64,000 bases of DNA from Bacteroidales bacterium (GTDB taxonomy: Bacteria; Bacteroidota; Bacteroidia; Bacteroidales; Muribaculaceae). The stretch is from contig QAMW01000015.1 of assembly GCA_003150235.1 (NCBI GenBank), forward strand, positions 5,471-69,470, read 5' to 3'. This document shows, one piece after another, positions 38,843 through 48,824 of this stretch. Position 1 is the first letter of the stretch; every line of letters starts with the position of its first letter. Below the pieces are notes generated by a model. The model did no database searches. It was not told the origin of the DNA and saw nothing but the letters and a program-made list of their open reading frames with translations. A program made the position numbers and the translations under genes.

Positions 38843-40753
38843 ATGGGAAAGATTATTGGTATTGACTTAGGAACTACCAACTCCTGCGTTTCGGTACTTG
38901 AAGGAAATGACCCCGTTGTTATTCCTAACAGCGAAGGTCGTAACACTACTCCGTCTATCGTGGCATTTATAGCCGGTGGCGAGCGTAAGGTAGGTGACCC
39001 GGCAAAGCGTCAGGCTATCACAAACCCTGAAGGCACGATTTATTCGATCAAGCGTTTCATGGGTGAAAAATATGATGAGGTTGCTGAAGAGGTTAAGCGT
39101 GTGCCTTACGAGGTGGGCAAGGCTGACAATGGTACAGTGCGTGTACTTGTTGACGGTCGTGAATATACCCCGCAGGAAATTTCAGCTATGATTCTTCAGA
39201 AGATGAAGAAGACTGCCGAGGATTATCTCGGACAGACTGTTGACGAGGCTGTGATTACAGTGCCCGCTTACTTTAACGACTCTCAGCGTCAGGCTACCAA
39301 GGAAGCCGGCGAGATTGCCGGACTGAAGGTGCGCCGTATCGTGAACGAGCCTACCGCAGCCGCCCTTGCCTATGGTCTTGACAAGAGCGACAAGGATCAG
39401 AAAATTGCTGTGTTTGACCTCGGTGGCGGTACATTTGATATTTCTATCCTTGAACTTGGCGACGGCGTGTTTGAGGTTAAGTCGACCAACGGTGACACTC
39501 ACCTTGGCGGTGATGACTTTGACCATGTAATCATTGACTGGCTTGCCGACGATTTCCAGCAGGAATATGGTGTTGACCTCCGCAAGGATGCTATGGCTCT
39601 CCAGCGTCTTAAGGAAGCAGCCGAAAAGGCAAAGATTGAGCTTTCAAGCTCTACCACTACTGAAATCAACCTGCCATATATCATGCCGGTTGACGGTGTC
39701 CCCCGTCACCTTGTGAAGACTTTGACCCGTGCAAAGTTCGAGCAGCTTGCCGACAAGCTTATCCAGGCTACAATCAAGCCTTGCGAGCAAGCATTGAAGG
39801 ATGCCGGTCTTACCGCAAAAGATATCGATGAGGTTATTCTCGTCGGCGGTTCTACCCGTATCCCCGCAATCCAGGACATCGTAAGCAAGTTCTTCGGCAA
39901 GACTCCTTCCAAGGGTGTTAACCCCGATGAGGTTGTGGCTGTCGGTGCCGCTATCCAGGGTGGTGTATTGTCAGGCGATGTAAAGGACGTGCTTCTTCTT
40001 GACGTTGTGCCTCTGTCAGTTGGTATCGAGACTCTCGGTGGCGTGATGACCAAGCTTATCGAAGCAAACACTACCATTCCTACCCGCAAGAGCGAGGTAT
40101 TCTCAACCGCTGCCGACAATCAACCTTCGGTTGAAATCCACGTGCTTCAGGGTGAGCGTCCCCTTGCAAAGGATGACAAGACACTCGGTAAGTTCCACCT
40201 CGACGGAATCGCACCCGCACCCCGTGGCATACCGCAGATTGAAGTTACATTTGAAATTGATGCCAACGGTATCCTTAACGTATCAGCAAAGGATAAGGCT
40301 ACAGGCAAGGAGCAGAGCATACGTATTGAGGCTTCATCCGGTTTGACCGATGCCGAAATCAAGCGTATGAAAGACGAGGCTGCCGCCAATGCAGCTGCCG
40401 ACGAGGCTGAAAAGCAGCGTATCGACAAGCTGAACCAGGCAGATACCGTAATCTTCCAGACTAAGAAGCAGCTTGAAGAACTTGGCGCAGCTATCCCCGC
40501 CGACAAGAAGGCTACAATCGAGAACGCTCTCAAGCGTCTTGAGGATGCTCACAAGGCTCAGGATGTGGCTGCTATCGAACCCGCCATCGCTGAAATCCAG
40601 AAAGCATTCGGCGAGGCTCAGCAGGATATCCTCAACGCCCAGCAGCAGGCTCAGGCAGGCGCACAGCCCGGTGCCAACCCCGGCGCAGGCAGCGCACCTC
40701 ATGCAGGCGGCGACGACCATGTGACCGACGTCGACTTCGAGGAGGTGAAGTAA
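38843..40753 (+). CDS. dnaK: Molecular chaperone DnaK (Hsp70)
   Basis: 636 aa with [19 protein letters not shown] and [14 protein letters not shown] motifs. Confidence 0.98.
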   Translation: MGKIIGIDLGTTNSCVSVLEGNDPVVIPNSEGRNTTPSIVAFIAGGERKVGDPAKRQAITNPEGTIYSIKRFMGEKYDEVAEEVKRVPYEVGKADNGTVRVLVDGREYTPQEISAMILQKMKKTAEDYLGQTVDEAVITVPAYFNDSQRQATKEAGEIAGLKVRRIVNEPTAAALAYGLDKSDKDQKIAVFDLGGGTFDISILELGDGVFEVKSTNGDTHLGGDDFDHVIIDWLADDFQQEYGVDLRKDAMALQRLKEAAEKAKIELSSSTTTEINLPYIMPVDGVPRHLVKTLTRAKFEQLADKLIQATIKPCEQALKDAGLTAKDIDEVILVGGSTRIPAIQDIVSKFFGKTPSKGVNPDEVVAVGAAIQGGVLSGDVKDVLLLDVVPLSVGIETLGGVMTKLIEANTTIPTRKSEVFSTAADNQPSVEIHVLQGERPLAKDDKTLGKFHLDGIAPAPRGIPQIEVTFEIDANGILNVSAKDKATGKEQSIRIEASSGLTDAEIKRMKDEAAANAAADEAEKQRIDKLNQADTVIFQTKKQLEELGAAIPADKKATIENALKRLEDAHKAQDVAAIEPAIAEIQKAFGEAQQDILNAQQQAQAGAQPGANPGAGSAPHAGGDDHVTDVDFEEVK

Positions 40754-40784
40754 GTTTTCGTAAAAGAAAATAAAAAACGATTTA

Positions 40785-40826
40785 GAAGACGCGCATCTTC
40801 ATTGCGGGATGCGCGTCTTCTCTTTT
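40785..40826 (+). terminator. Rho-independent terminator after dnaK
   Basis: Perfect 13-bp stem gaagacgcgcatc / gatgcgcgtcttc followed by tctttt. Confidence 0.75.
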
Positions 40827-40841
40827 AAAATATAAAATATT

Positions 40842-41120
40842 ATGATCCGATTGAATTGTGGTCTCATCGCCGAGACCGAAGAAAAACGCAATAAAGCTAT
40901 AGCTTTGGCTAAAGAACTCGTCGAACTCTCCTTGCACGATGAAGGGTGTGTGGAATACGACCTCTATGGCTCGTTGACCAATACCGACCGCCTCATGATC
41001 TACGAGACATGGAAAGACGAGGCATCACTTAAAGCCCACATGGCTTCCGCCCACTTCCGTCGCCTTGTACCCGAGATAGAAAAGGTCGCCACCCTTACCC
41101 TCGAGCAATTCAACTTCTGA
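40842..41120 (+). CDS. ABM-domain protein (putative quinol/antibiotic-biosynthesis monooxygenase)
   Basis: 92 aa. GCVEYDLYGSLTNTDRLMIYETWKDEASLKAHMASAHF is the typical ABM pattern. Confidence 0.8.
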   Translation: MIRLNCGLIAETEEKRNKAIALAKELVELSLHDEGCVEYDLYGSLTNTDRLMIYETWKDEASLKAHMASAHFRRLVPEIEKVATLTLEQFNF

Positions 41121-41222
41121 TTCTATAAGGGGCGATCTGTCTGATAATATGTCTATAGTGGGGCGCGTGAAAGTTCGTACACTATCCGAAGACAAGTAAG
41201 GTCCATTCATCCCGTGATAAAG

Positions 41223-41262
41223 TGCAGACTGCATGATTTTTGATTGCCGTCTGCATTTTTTT
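41223..41262 (+). terminator. Terminator-like hairpin with T7 tract
   Basis: tgcagac / gtctgca stem with a 19-nt loop, followed by ttttttt. About 100 nt after the ABM stop. Confidence 0.45.
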
Positions 41263-41366
41263 GCTAATTTTGCGATAGGATCAATTGCCTTTAGTGCCGC
41301 GAATCGGTCTTTGGTCGACATTCCCTATTGGATTGTCGCGAGCTAAAGGTTGGCGTTGAATAGATT

Positions 41367-41582
41367 ATGTCAGAAGAACAGATGAATAGTTATCGACTTA
41401 CGTCGATGGAGGAGCCGGGTGACGAGCGGATGGCTCAGATTATGCGTGAGGTTGCCGAGGATGCCCGCGAAAGCACCCGCCGGGCTGCCGAGCCTGTTGC
41501 TGCCGGGATAGATGCGGCCTCGCATGAGGCTCGCGCAAGAGTTGAAGAAACCTTAAACAGGCTTCGCAATGGCAGCAAGTGA
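41367..41582 (+). CDS. Small acidic/Ala-Arg-rich protein, possible antitoxin partner of the downstream truncated P-loop gene
   Basis: 71-aa ORF whose stop overlaps the start of the P-loop fragment (ATG at 41569). No recognisable motif. Confidence 0.35.
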   Translation: MSEEQMNSYRLTSMEEPGDERMAQIMREVAEDARESTRRAAEPVAAGIDAASHEARARVEETLNRLRNGSK

Positions 41583-41700
41583 GCACAAACCGGTGCTGAT
41601 TGTGATTGCCGGGCCCAACGGGTCGGGCAAGACTTCCATGACTTCAAAGATTCTGCATCATGAGTGGTTGGAGGATTCGGAATATATTGATATCGGATAA
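41569..41700 (+). pseudogene. Truncated zeta-toxin/AAA-type P-loop kinase fragment (43 codons)
   Basis: MAASEHKPVLIVIAGPNGSGKTSMTSKILHHEWLEDSEYIDIG*. The Walker A motif is intact, but the frame stops after 43 aa where full-length family members continue for about 150 more residues. Unrelated AT-rich sequence follows. Confidence 0.5.
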
Positions 41701-42256
41701 TTTTAATGGCTATAAATATCTGAATATAAGCACAAACGTCACCTAAAGGATGTGCTAAAAATGTACTGATAGCTGAAAATGGAGTAAGAGAGAGAAAGCG
41801 TTTTGCTGATATTCAACTGTTGTTTGGAATTTTTAATTATGGCGATTTTCGTTGATTTATCGCTTTTAAGGGGTATTGGTGTTGTAGGATGAGGATGCGG
41901 AGGTGGGGAAAAGAGAAATTGTTGGAGTTGGCAGGTCGGGAAATTGCCTTATGACTTTCTCTTTTTCCAGTCTTTTTATTGGAAGATGAGAATGAGTATA
42001 GATAGTTATATGTATATCATATCATATCATATAATTAAACTATACTTTATAAAGCAAACACGACCAATATAATCGCCATCTTTGACAAAATGAAACAATG
42101 GTAAATTTATTTTTGAAAGATGCGTTGCTATCGGCTTGAAATTCAATGGGTATATAATAGCATGGAGGTAATCTTATAAAAAAGTTGATATCGCGTGCAA
42201 GGTTTTCATTATCCTCAGATTTAATATAATAGAACAACCAATAAAATCACAACGAT

Positions 42257-42991
42257 ATGGCAAAACAACATCTTTTATTATCTGTCGTCGGAGTTGTGCT
42301 ACTCATGATGCTTCCATCATGTATCAATGACGACGATTCTTCCGAGTTGCTGAGACCGACGGCACTTGTTACCGTATGTCCTAATGCTGATGGTAGCTTT
42401 ATAATGCAACTCGACGACGAGACCCAGTTAGTACCGACGAATCTGAAGTCTTCTCCTTTCGGGACAAAAGAAGTCAGAGCCCTTGTGAACTATACGGAAA
42501 CTAATGTTTCGCCACAAGACAAAAAAACAAGGAATGTCGAAGTCAACTGGCTTGACAGCATTCGCACCAAATTACCGGTGGAAACTCTTGGAGAGCAAGA
42601 TGCCGTCAAGTTTGGGAATGATCCCGTTGAAATTGTGCAGGATTGGGTTACTGTGGCTGAAGACGGCTATCTGACGCTGCGAATACGCGCTCTATGGAGT
42701 TCTCCTCATGCTACCCACATACTTAATCTTGTGACCGGAACCAATCCGAAAGACCCCTATGAACTTGAATTAAGACACGATGCCAAAGGAGATAAAAACG
42801 GAAGTTGGGGAGATGCTTTGATAGCGTTTAATCTTAACAAACTGCATGGAGCCGACGCTGGCAAAGCCAAAATAAAACTTAAGTGGAAGTCCTTTACAGG
42901 CGATAAATCTGCTGAATTTGAGATAAAGATGCGCCCTCTAAAACAAGAAATCGACGCAAATAACATCCAGTATTCCAGTGGCATAGAATAA
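42257..42991 (+). CDS. NigD-like lipoprotein
   Basis: Lipobox LMMLPSC. LRPTALVTV..., GNDPVEIVQDWVTVAEDGYLTLRI and NLVTG...ELRHDAKGD resemble the NigD_N/NigD_C families. Confidence 0.6.
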   Translation: MAKQHLLLSVVGVVLLMMLPSCINDDDSSELLRPTALVTVCPNADGSFIMQLDDETQLVPTNLKSSPFGTKEVRALVNYTETNVSPQDKKTRNVEVNWLDSIRTKLPVETLGEQDAVKFGNDPVEIVQDWVTVAEDGYLTLRIRALWSSPHATHILNLVTGTNPKDPYELELRHDAKGDKNGSWGDALIAFNLNKLHGADAGKAKIKLKWKSFTGDKSAEFEIKMRPLKQEIDANNIQYSSGIE

Positions 42992-43096
42992 ATCAGCAAA
43001 AAAATCATCTTTCTGATGCAAGATTTTGCAAAAGGGAGATTTAATAAAATGAGAGCTCTCAAAAAAACAAGTTTCAACTATAAACAAACAACAAAA

Positions 43097-43669
43097 ATGA
43101 AAATTACAAAGTTTTTCAAACTCACCGCAGCAATGCTGGCCTGTGTGTTCGCGATGGCAATCACATCCTGCGACAACGACGATGAACCCAAAGGCCCCGA
43201 ACTCAAGTTCAACCCTGCTAATGTAGCAGTGGCTCCCAGTGCAACCGCAACAGTGACGGTAAGTGGCGGTACGGCTCCCTTCACCGTCGCATCGAGCGAT
43301 GCCAAAATCGCTACGGCAAAAGCCGAAAACAGCACCATCACGGTTACGGGCGTAAAGGAAGGTACAGCGACTATCACAGTTACTGATGCCAAGCAGATCA
43401 AAGGCAAATTCGCCGTCACTGTCAAGAACGCTGCCGCCGGCCTTGATTTTGACAAAAAGAGTGTGTCAGTAGCGGTTGGGAAAGAAGAAACCGTAACAGT
43501 CAAAGGAGGTACGAAGCCTTTTACCGCAACAGCAAAAGATACAAAAATTGCAACCGTTACAGTAAAGGACGACAAAATCACCATAAAGGGCGTAAAAGCC
43601 GGAACTACCTCTATTACAGTCACAGACAAGGACAAGAAAACAGGTACAATCTCCGTTACAGTAAAGTAA
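43097..43669 (+). CDS. Lipoprotein with two tandem bacterial Ig-like (Big_2-type) repeats
   Basis: Lipobox AMAITSC. Two ~75-aa repeats: VSGGTAPFTVASSDAKIATAKAENSTITVTGVKEGTATITVTD and VKGGTKPFTATAKDTKIATVTVKDDKITIKGVKAGTTSITVTD. Confidence 0.7.
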   Translation: MKITKFFKLTAAMLACVFAMAITSCDNDDEPKGPELKFNPANVAVAPSATATVTVSGGTAPFTVASSDAKIATAKAENSTITVTGVKEGTATITVTDAKQIKGKFAVTVKNAAAGLDFDKKSVSVAVGKEETVTVKGGTKPFTATAKDTKIATVTVKDDKITIKGVKAGTTSITVTDKDKKTGTISVTVK

Positions 43670-43695
43670 AAAATCCGCGAACCCTTATTGGCGAA

Positions 43696-43726
43696 GGAGA
43701 AACGGATGTCATATAACCGTTTCTCC
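43696..43726 (+). terminator. Hairpin after the Big_2 lipoprotein gene (no clear T-tract)
   Basis: Perfect 10-bp stem ggagaaacgg / ccgtttctcc with an 11-nt loop. Confidence 0.3.
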
Positions 43727-43754
43727 CGAGCCATTCTTATAAATCAAAGGTCTG

Positions 43755-44306
43755 GTGGTATCCATAGAAACTGACAACGAGGAACAGCTTCTTAACCTTG
43801 TCAAACAAGGCGATCCTATGGCTATGAGAACGGTATATTCGACATATGTCCGATATCTTGCAGCGATATGTTCTCGTTATATCATTAATGATGAAGATGT
43901 GAAAGATGTTCTTCAAGACAGTTTCTTAAAGATATTTTCAGGTATTCTTTCATTTGAATATCGTGGAAAAGGTTCTCTTAAAGGATGGATAACAAAAATC
44001 ACTTTTAATGAAACACTGAAATTTCTTCAAAAAAACAACCGTTTTGAATTTGTTGAAATATCGGAACAAGAGCATGACAAACCGGATGAAGAACCGGATG
44101 TAGATGCACTGCCTTCCTCAGTTCTATTCAAACTTATACGAGAACTTCCCGATGGATACAGAACAATATTCAACTTATATGTCATTGAAAACAAAAGCCA
44201 TAAAGAAATCGCAAAATTGCTTAACATAAAAGAAAGCACTTCGGCCTCACAGTTGCACCGCGCTAAATCTTTATTGGCAACTAAAATCAGGCAATATAAC
44301 TCTTAA
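43755..44306 (+). CDS. RNA polymerase ECF-type sigma-70 factor
   Basis: 183 aa. Region 2 (VYSTYVRYLAAICSRYIINDEDVKDVLQDSFLKIF) and region 4 (LPDGYRTIFNLYVIENKSHKEIAKLLNIKESTSASQLHRAK). GTG start as in the ORF track. Confidence 0.85.
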   Translation: MVSIETDNEEQLLNLVKQGDPMAMRTVYSTYVRYLAAICSRYIINDEDVKDVLQDSFLKIFSGILSFEYRGKGSLKGWITKITFNETLKFLQKNNRFEFVEISEQEHDKPDEEPDVDALPSSVLFKLIRELPDGYRTIFNLYVIENKSHKEIAKLLNIKESTSASQLHRAKSLLATKIRQYNS

Positions 44307-44319
44307 CCCCCATATTACT

Positions 44320-45603
44320 ATGAACGAAGATTGGCTACAAAAAGTCCATGACCGAATGACCGACTACGAAATTGACGAGCCGGAAAATCTGTGGGATGCC
44401 ATAGAATCACAACGAGCTAAAACTTCATCAACTTCCCGTCCGATGAAGCGTCCTGTGATGATATGGGTAAAAAGGAGTATCGCTGCCGCCGCAATGATTG
44501 CAGTTGTCATATCAGTGGGTATTTATTTAATAAATATAAAACAGGAAACATCCCAGCCACCACTGCTGACGAAAGTAAGCGATAATTCTGTGAGCGGTTT
44601 GGAAAATCGTCCGCAGAACACAATGGTTCACACTGTCCTGGACAAGCAACCGTCTAAAACTCTGATTGCTCAAAACACACTTCCGCCGCATGACTCCGAT
44701 ATGTTGCCAGCCCTGCCGTCTGTGCAAAAAGAAGTACAGCCGGAGACCGCCGATAATCATCCTTATGAAAATCGGGATAATTCATCTATGGTCGAAGAAA
44801 AACCGGTTAAAACCAATGACGCCTCGGAAAAAGTTGAGCGTATCGAAAAGCAACAATTCCCTTCGAAGACTGATAATGGCTACATTGCTTCAATACCTAA
44901 AAAAGCGTCAACCGCGAACAATGTATCCGTTTCCATATACAGTTCGGGTGGAACCGGTTCTGCATTGAACTACAATTCAAAAGGTGATTCATTTGTAGGT
45001 GTAGGAGTTGGGCCGGATGATTCAGACTGGGCAGACAATCCCTTGTTAGGTATTCTTGTCTTCAATCAAGGCAAAGACATTGAAACGGACATCAAACATC
45101 GCCTTCCTATAAGGGCCGGAGTTTCTTTTACATATAATTTCAATGAAAGATTCGGCATAGAAACAGGTCTGAGTTATACCAATCTTATCTCTGATGTTAG
45201 GGAAGGTAGTGAGAGTCATTATTATACAGGCGAACAAAAGCTGCATTATATCGGCATCCCTCTCAATCTGAAATACCGTGTATTTTCGTGGAAAAGATTC
45301 GATCTCTATGCTTCGACGGGTGCACTTGCAGAAAAATGCGTTTCTGCAAAACTTGATAAGGATTTCATCCTTGACCACCAAAAGAAGGGAAATGAATCGG
45401 AAAATCTGTCCGAAAAGCCTATGCAATGGTCGGTTAACGCCTCGTTGGGAGTTCAATGCAATCTTGTAAATTCAATGAGTATATTCGTTGAACCCGGAAT
45501 CAGCTACTATTTCAATGACGGAACAAATATCCAGACGATTTATAAAGAAAAGCCCTTGAATTTCAATTTGAATTTGGGTATAAGGTTTACATTTGGAAAA
45601 TAG
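44320..45603 (+). CDS. Putative anti-sigma protein with one TM helix and a C-terminal outer-membrane beta-barrel (porin-family) domain
   Basis: Immediately follows the ECF sigma gene. N-terminal cytoplasmic segment, then the TM helix SIAAAAMIAVVISVGIYLI, then a low-complexity linker. The C-terminus has alternating beta-strand patterns and ends LNLGIRFTFGK (an aromatic near the end, OMP-like). Confidence 0.55.
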   Translation: MNEDWLQKVHDRMTDYEIDEPENLWDAIESQRAKTSSTSRPMKRPVMIWVKRSIAAAAMIAVVISVGIYLINIKQETSQPPLLTKVSDNSVSGLENRPQNTMVHTVLDKQPSKTLIAQNTLPPHDSDMLPALPSVQKEVQPETADNHPYENRDNSSMVEEKPVKTNDASEKVERIEKQQFPSKTDNGYIASIPKKASTANNVSVSIYSSGGTGSALNYNSKGDSFVGVGVGPDDSDWADNPLLGILVFNQGKDIETDIKHRLPIRAGVSFTYNFNERFGIETGLSYTNLISDVREGSESHYYTGEQKLHYIGIPLNLKYRVFSWKRFDLYASTGALAEKCVSAKLDKDFILDHQKKGNESENLSEKPMQWSVNASLGVQCNLVNSMSIFVEPGISYYFNDGTNIQTIYKEKPLNFNLNLGIRFTFGK

Positions 45604-45613
45604 AATAAGAATT

Positions 45614-46066
45614 ATGAAAGCTAAGTTCATGCTGTTTATCAGCGTTGCAGTAATGTACTGCACTTTCCTGTGTGGATGTCATACATCCAAAAATATGGAT
45701 AAGACGATTCCATATGAAGTGGCAGAGCGATACTTCGTCAGGAACGATGTCAATGGACTCCCTCCTACAACCATTACCTCAGCTAAAGAATTTGAGCAAT
45801 ACTTCGGCATGGCCACTGTAATGGGTCCAAACGGCAAACCTACCGAAATAGATTTCAATAAAAGTTTTGTGATCTGTATCGCTCTTGAACCCACTGAAAC
45901 AGCTACAGACTTATCAGTGATTTCGCTGATAAACACAAATTCCGATCAACTCGATTTACGATATGAGATTAAACGAGGAGAAAAGAGGTCATACACCTCT
46001 CAGCCACTCATGCTCCTTATTGTTGATAAGAAATATGAGAAACCGGTTATATTGGAACCCATATAG
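45614..46066 (+). CDS. Lipoprotein, function unknown
   Basis: MKAKFMLFISVAVMYCTFLCGC lipobox. Last gene of the sigma/anti-sigma cluster. Confidence 0.5.
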   Translation: MKAKFMLFISVAVMYCTFLCGCHTSKNMDKTIPYEVAERYFVRNDVNGLPPTTITSAKEFEQYFGMATVMGPNGKPTEIDFNKSFVICIALEPTETATDLSVISLINTNSDQLDLRYEIKRGEKRSYTSQPLMLLIVDKKYEKPVILEPI

Positions 46067-46111
46067 TATTGGCATAATTTACTAATTTTGCAATCTAAAC
46101 TGAAAAGATGT

Positions 46112-46957
46112 ATGGCAATAAACGAGGAAGAGAATCTCGGCGCGATGAAGCTGATATTCAATTATAACAATGTGTTTTACAGTTTCTTTTATGATGACCT
46201 TAGCGGCTGCATCCACCGCTCACGGGAGTATGCTCTCAATTACGTATATTCCGGAGAAATGATTCTTGACAACGGCACGGAGAAGATTCATGTCCGTAAG
46301 GGAGAATGTGTGTTCATTCCGCGTGACCACCATATCACCATGTATAAGAAGACCTATAATGGAGAGCGTTATTGCGGTATATTTCTTATGTTTACGCGCA
46401 ATTTTCTCAGGGAAATGTATGGGAAGTTGTCGCTTAATAAAACAAATGTAAAAACCGGCAAACTGCCCGACGGGGTGATTAAACTGCCCAAGACCGTTGA
46501 ACTTGCCAGCCTTTTCGCCTCGATGACGCCTTATTTCGACCCGGAGGTAAAGCCAAAGGATAGTTTCATGGAATTGAAATTGCAAGAGGGGCTGATGGCT
46601 CTTCTGGCGATTGATGAGAGATTTGTGCCTACGATGTTTGATTTCAACGAGCCGTGGAAGATTGACATACTCAGTTTCATGGAGGAAAATTTCATGTGCG
46701 ACCTGAGCATTGAGGAGATTGCCCACTATACCGGGCGGAGCCTCGCCACGTTCAAGCGTGACTTCAAGAAAATCAGCGACCTAACTCCAGAAAAGTGGCT
46801 TATCAAGAAACGCCTTGAAAAGGCATACGAACTCATGAAAACAGGACGGAAGAAAGTCGTCGAGGTATATGCCGAGGTGGGCTTCCGCAACCCATCACAT
46901 TTCTCCACGGCATTCAAAAAAGAGTTTGGCATCGCGCCGACAGCCGTTGTTAGTTAA
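46112..46957 (+). CDS. AraC family transcriptional regulator
   Basis: Cupin-like N-terminal domain and a C-terminal HTH (IEEIAHYTGRSLATFKRDFKK ... EVGFRNPSHFSTAFKKEFG). Confidence 0.88.
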   Translation: MAINEEENLGAMKLIFNYNNVFYSFFYDDLSGCIHRSREYALNYVYSGEMILDNGTEKIHVRKGECVFIPRDHHITMYKKTYNGERYCGIFLMFTRNFLREMYGKLSLNKTNVKTGKLPDGVIKLPKTVELASLFASMTPYFDPEVKPKDSFMELKLQEGLMALLAIDERFVPTMFDFNEPWKIDILSFMEENFMCDLSIEEIAHYTGRSLATFKRDFKKISDLTPEKWLIKKRLEKAYELMKTGRKKVVEVYAEVGFRNPSHFSTAFKKEFGIAPTAVVS

Positions 46958-47036
46958 ACTCCGGTTGAACTTTTCAGAAACTATAATTGAGCCTCACAGC
47001 AACTTCGCTGTGGGGCTCTTTGCGTAATTTTGCATC

Positions 47037-47828
47037 ATGAAAGCTAAGCATCAACCAACTATGAGATTAAATAAAATGTTTGGGGTAGCATTGACTCTGT
47101 CGATGTCTTTTGCGACAGCAACTCATTCGCAGACACCGGAGCCTGTTGACCTGGGGCTGAGCGTTGAGTGGGCATCAACAAATCTTGATGCTTCCGCACC
47201 GGAAGATTTTGGCGGCTACTACGGCTGGGCTGACCCAACCGGCATGGAAACAACGATGGATGTACTTGACAAGTCGCGCAACTGGGTATCGGATTTGTAT
47301 GGAGGTCCGGAACCACCCTCGGAAATCAGCGGTATAGAACTGGATATCGTCCATGTCAGACTCGGTAATGGCTGGCGTCTTCCGACACTGGCTGAGCTTG
47401 AAGAACTTACAGCCTGTCAGCGTGAGTGGACTAAACTCAACGGTGTAAACGGCTATGAGTTCATAGGTGAGAACGGCAACAAGCTGTTTCTCCCTGCCGG
47501 AGGCGCGAGAAACGGCGAGACTGTCCGCTATGCCGGCACGGTCGGTTACTATTGGACCGGGACACTCGGCACAGCCCCGTCGATGCATAAACAGAGGGCG
47601 CATCGGCTTTATATCGGAGCCGAAGGACTGAACCATAATCCGGCGATACGTTACAGCGGATTTTCTATTCGTCCTGTCAGAGACAGGAACCATTCTGGAA
47701 TTAACGAAATTACAGTTGACAGAAGACATGATGACAGCCCTATATATGATCTGACAGGATGCCGTCTCAGTTCAGAGCCGGAAAAAGGATTCTACATTCA
47801 AAATGGCAAGAAATACTTAGTCAGATAA
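47037..47828 (+). CDS. Secreted protein with a Fibrobacter-succinogenes-paralogous / DUF1566-like domain and a T9SS-like C-terminal tail
   Basis: GLSVEWASTNLDASAPEDFGGYYGW, GWRLPTLAELEEL, LFLPAGGAR, YYWTGT. C-terminal PIYDLTGCRLSSEPEKGFYIQNGKKYLVR. Confidence 0.6.
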   Translation: MKAKHQPTMRLNKMFGVALTLSMSFATATHSQTPEPVDLGLSVEWASTNLDASAPEDFGGYYGWADPTGMETTMDVLDKSRNWVSDLYGGPEPPSEISGIELDIVHVRLGNGWRLPTLAELEELTACQREWTKLNGVNGYEFIGENGNKLFLPAGGARNGETVRYAGTVGYYWTGTLGTAPSMHKQRAHRLYIGAEGLNHNPAIRYSGFSIRPVRDRNHSGINEITVDRRHDDSPIYDLTGCRLSSEPEKGFYIQNGKKYLVR

Positions 47829-47838
47829 TGTATCTCAT

Positions 47839-48810
47839 ATGAAAATCATAAATCTCATAATATCAATGATTATGGCAATGACAGCAAATGCCTGTAACCA
47901 TTCAGATGACGACAACATCAAAAAGGGAGAACAGAACCCACCTCAGCCCGAGTTGAGTGAAAAGGGACGCTTTGACCTCTCAAAAGCGACAAACGGAAAT
48001 CCTCCCGTTATAAAACTCAGTAGCGGATATGATATGCCGATTGTCGGACTTGGCACGTACAGTCTGCACGGCGACAAATGCGTCAACGCCATTCTATCAG
48101 CTATCCGGCTGGGATACCGCAAGTTTGACACAGCAAGTTTCTACGGCAATGAGGAGGACGTCGGGCGGGCGATACGTCAGGTGATAGATGAAGGTCTGAT
48201 AAAACGCGAGGATGTGTTCGTAACCACAAAACTCTATCCCAACGAGTTTGCCGATGCCGAGAAAAATATCGAGAAGTGCCTCCGAAAACTCGATATAGGC
48301 TATATAGACTTGATGCTTCTACATCATCCCGGCTCACACGATGTTGAAGCCTATAAGACAATGGAACGGTATGTAAAGGAGGGCAAAATTCGCTCCCTCG
48401 GCGTTTCCAACTATTATATAAAGGAAATGTCGGAGTTTCTGCCGAAAGTAAACATCAAGCCGGTGCTTGACCAGAACGAGATTCACCCTTATTATCAAGA
48501 CAAAGCAGTGATAGAGTATCTGCATGATAAAGGCATTGTGGTCGAGGCATGGTATCCTCTCGGAGGTCGCGGCTACAACTCCGAGCTGATGAAAGAGCCG
48601 GTAATCATGGACATAGCCCGCAAGCATGGGAAATCACTGGTGCAGATTATACTTCGCTGGGATCTTCAGAATGGCGTGGTTGTAATCCCCGGTTCAAGCA
48701 ACCTTGACCATCAGAAAGAGAATATGTCAATCTTTGACTTTGAGCTAACTCCTGAGGAGATGAGCCGCATCGACGCTCTTGAACGCCGCGAGAAACATGA
48801 CTGGTATTGA
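47839..48810 (+). CDS. Aldo/keto reductase with an N-terminal lipoprotein-type signal
   Basis: AKR motifs are present: GLGTY, FDTASFYGNEEDVG, VTTKLYP, LLHHP, IPGSSN. They are preceded by MKIINLIISMIMAMTANAC and a ~40-aa linker. Confidence 0.8.
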   Translation: MKIINLIISMIMAMTANACNHSDDDNIKKGEQNPPQPELSEKGRFDLSKATNGNPPVIKLSSGYDMPIVGLGTYSLHGDKCVNAILSAIRLGYRKFDTASFYGNEEDVGRAIRQVIDEGLIKREDVFVTTKLYPNEFADAEKNIEKCLRKLDIGYIDLMLLHHPGSHDVEAYKTMERYVKEGKIRSLGVSNYYIKEMSEFLPKVNIKPVLDQNEIHPYYQDKAVIEYLHDKGIVVEAWYPLGGRGYNSELMKEPVIMDIARKHGKSLVQIILRWDLQNGVVVIPGSSNLDHQKENMSIFDFELTPEEMSRIDALERREKHDWY

Positions 48811-48824
48811 AAAAACAACCCGAT

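Noticed and set aside
42014-42033. (ATATC)n microsatellite in the AT-rich gap upstream of the NigD-like gene.
   Set aside because: There are only 3-4 units, in low-complexity AT-rich DNA, with no nearby start codon or promoter box that it could phase-vary.
43078-43734. 218-aa minus-strand ORF opposite the Big_2 lipoprotein gene.
   Set aside because: It is a shadow frame kept open by the Thr/Val/Ala/Lys-rich repetitive coding sequence on the plus strand. The plus frame has a lipobox and Ig-like repeats.
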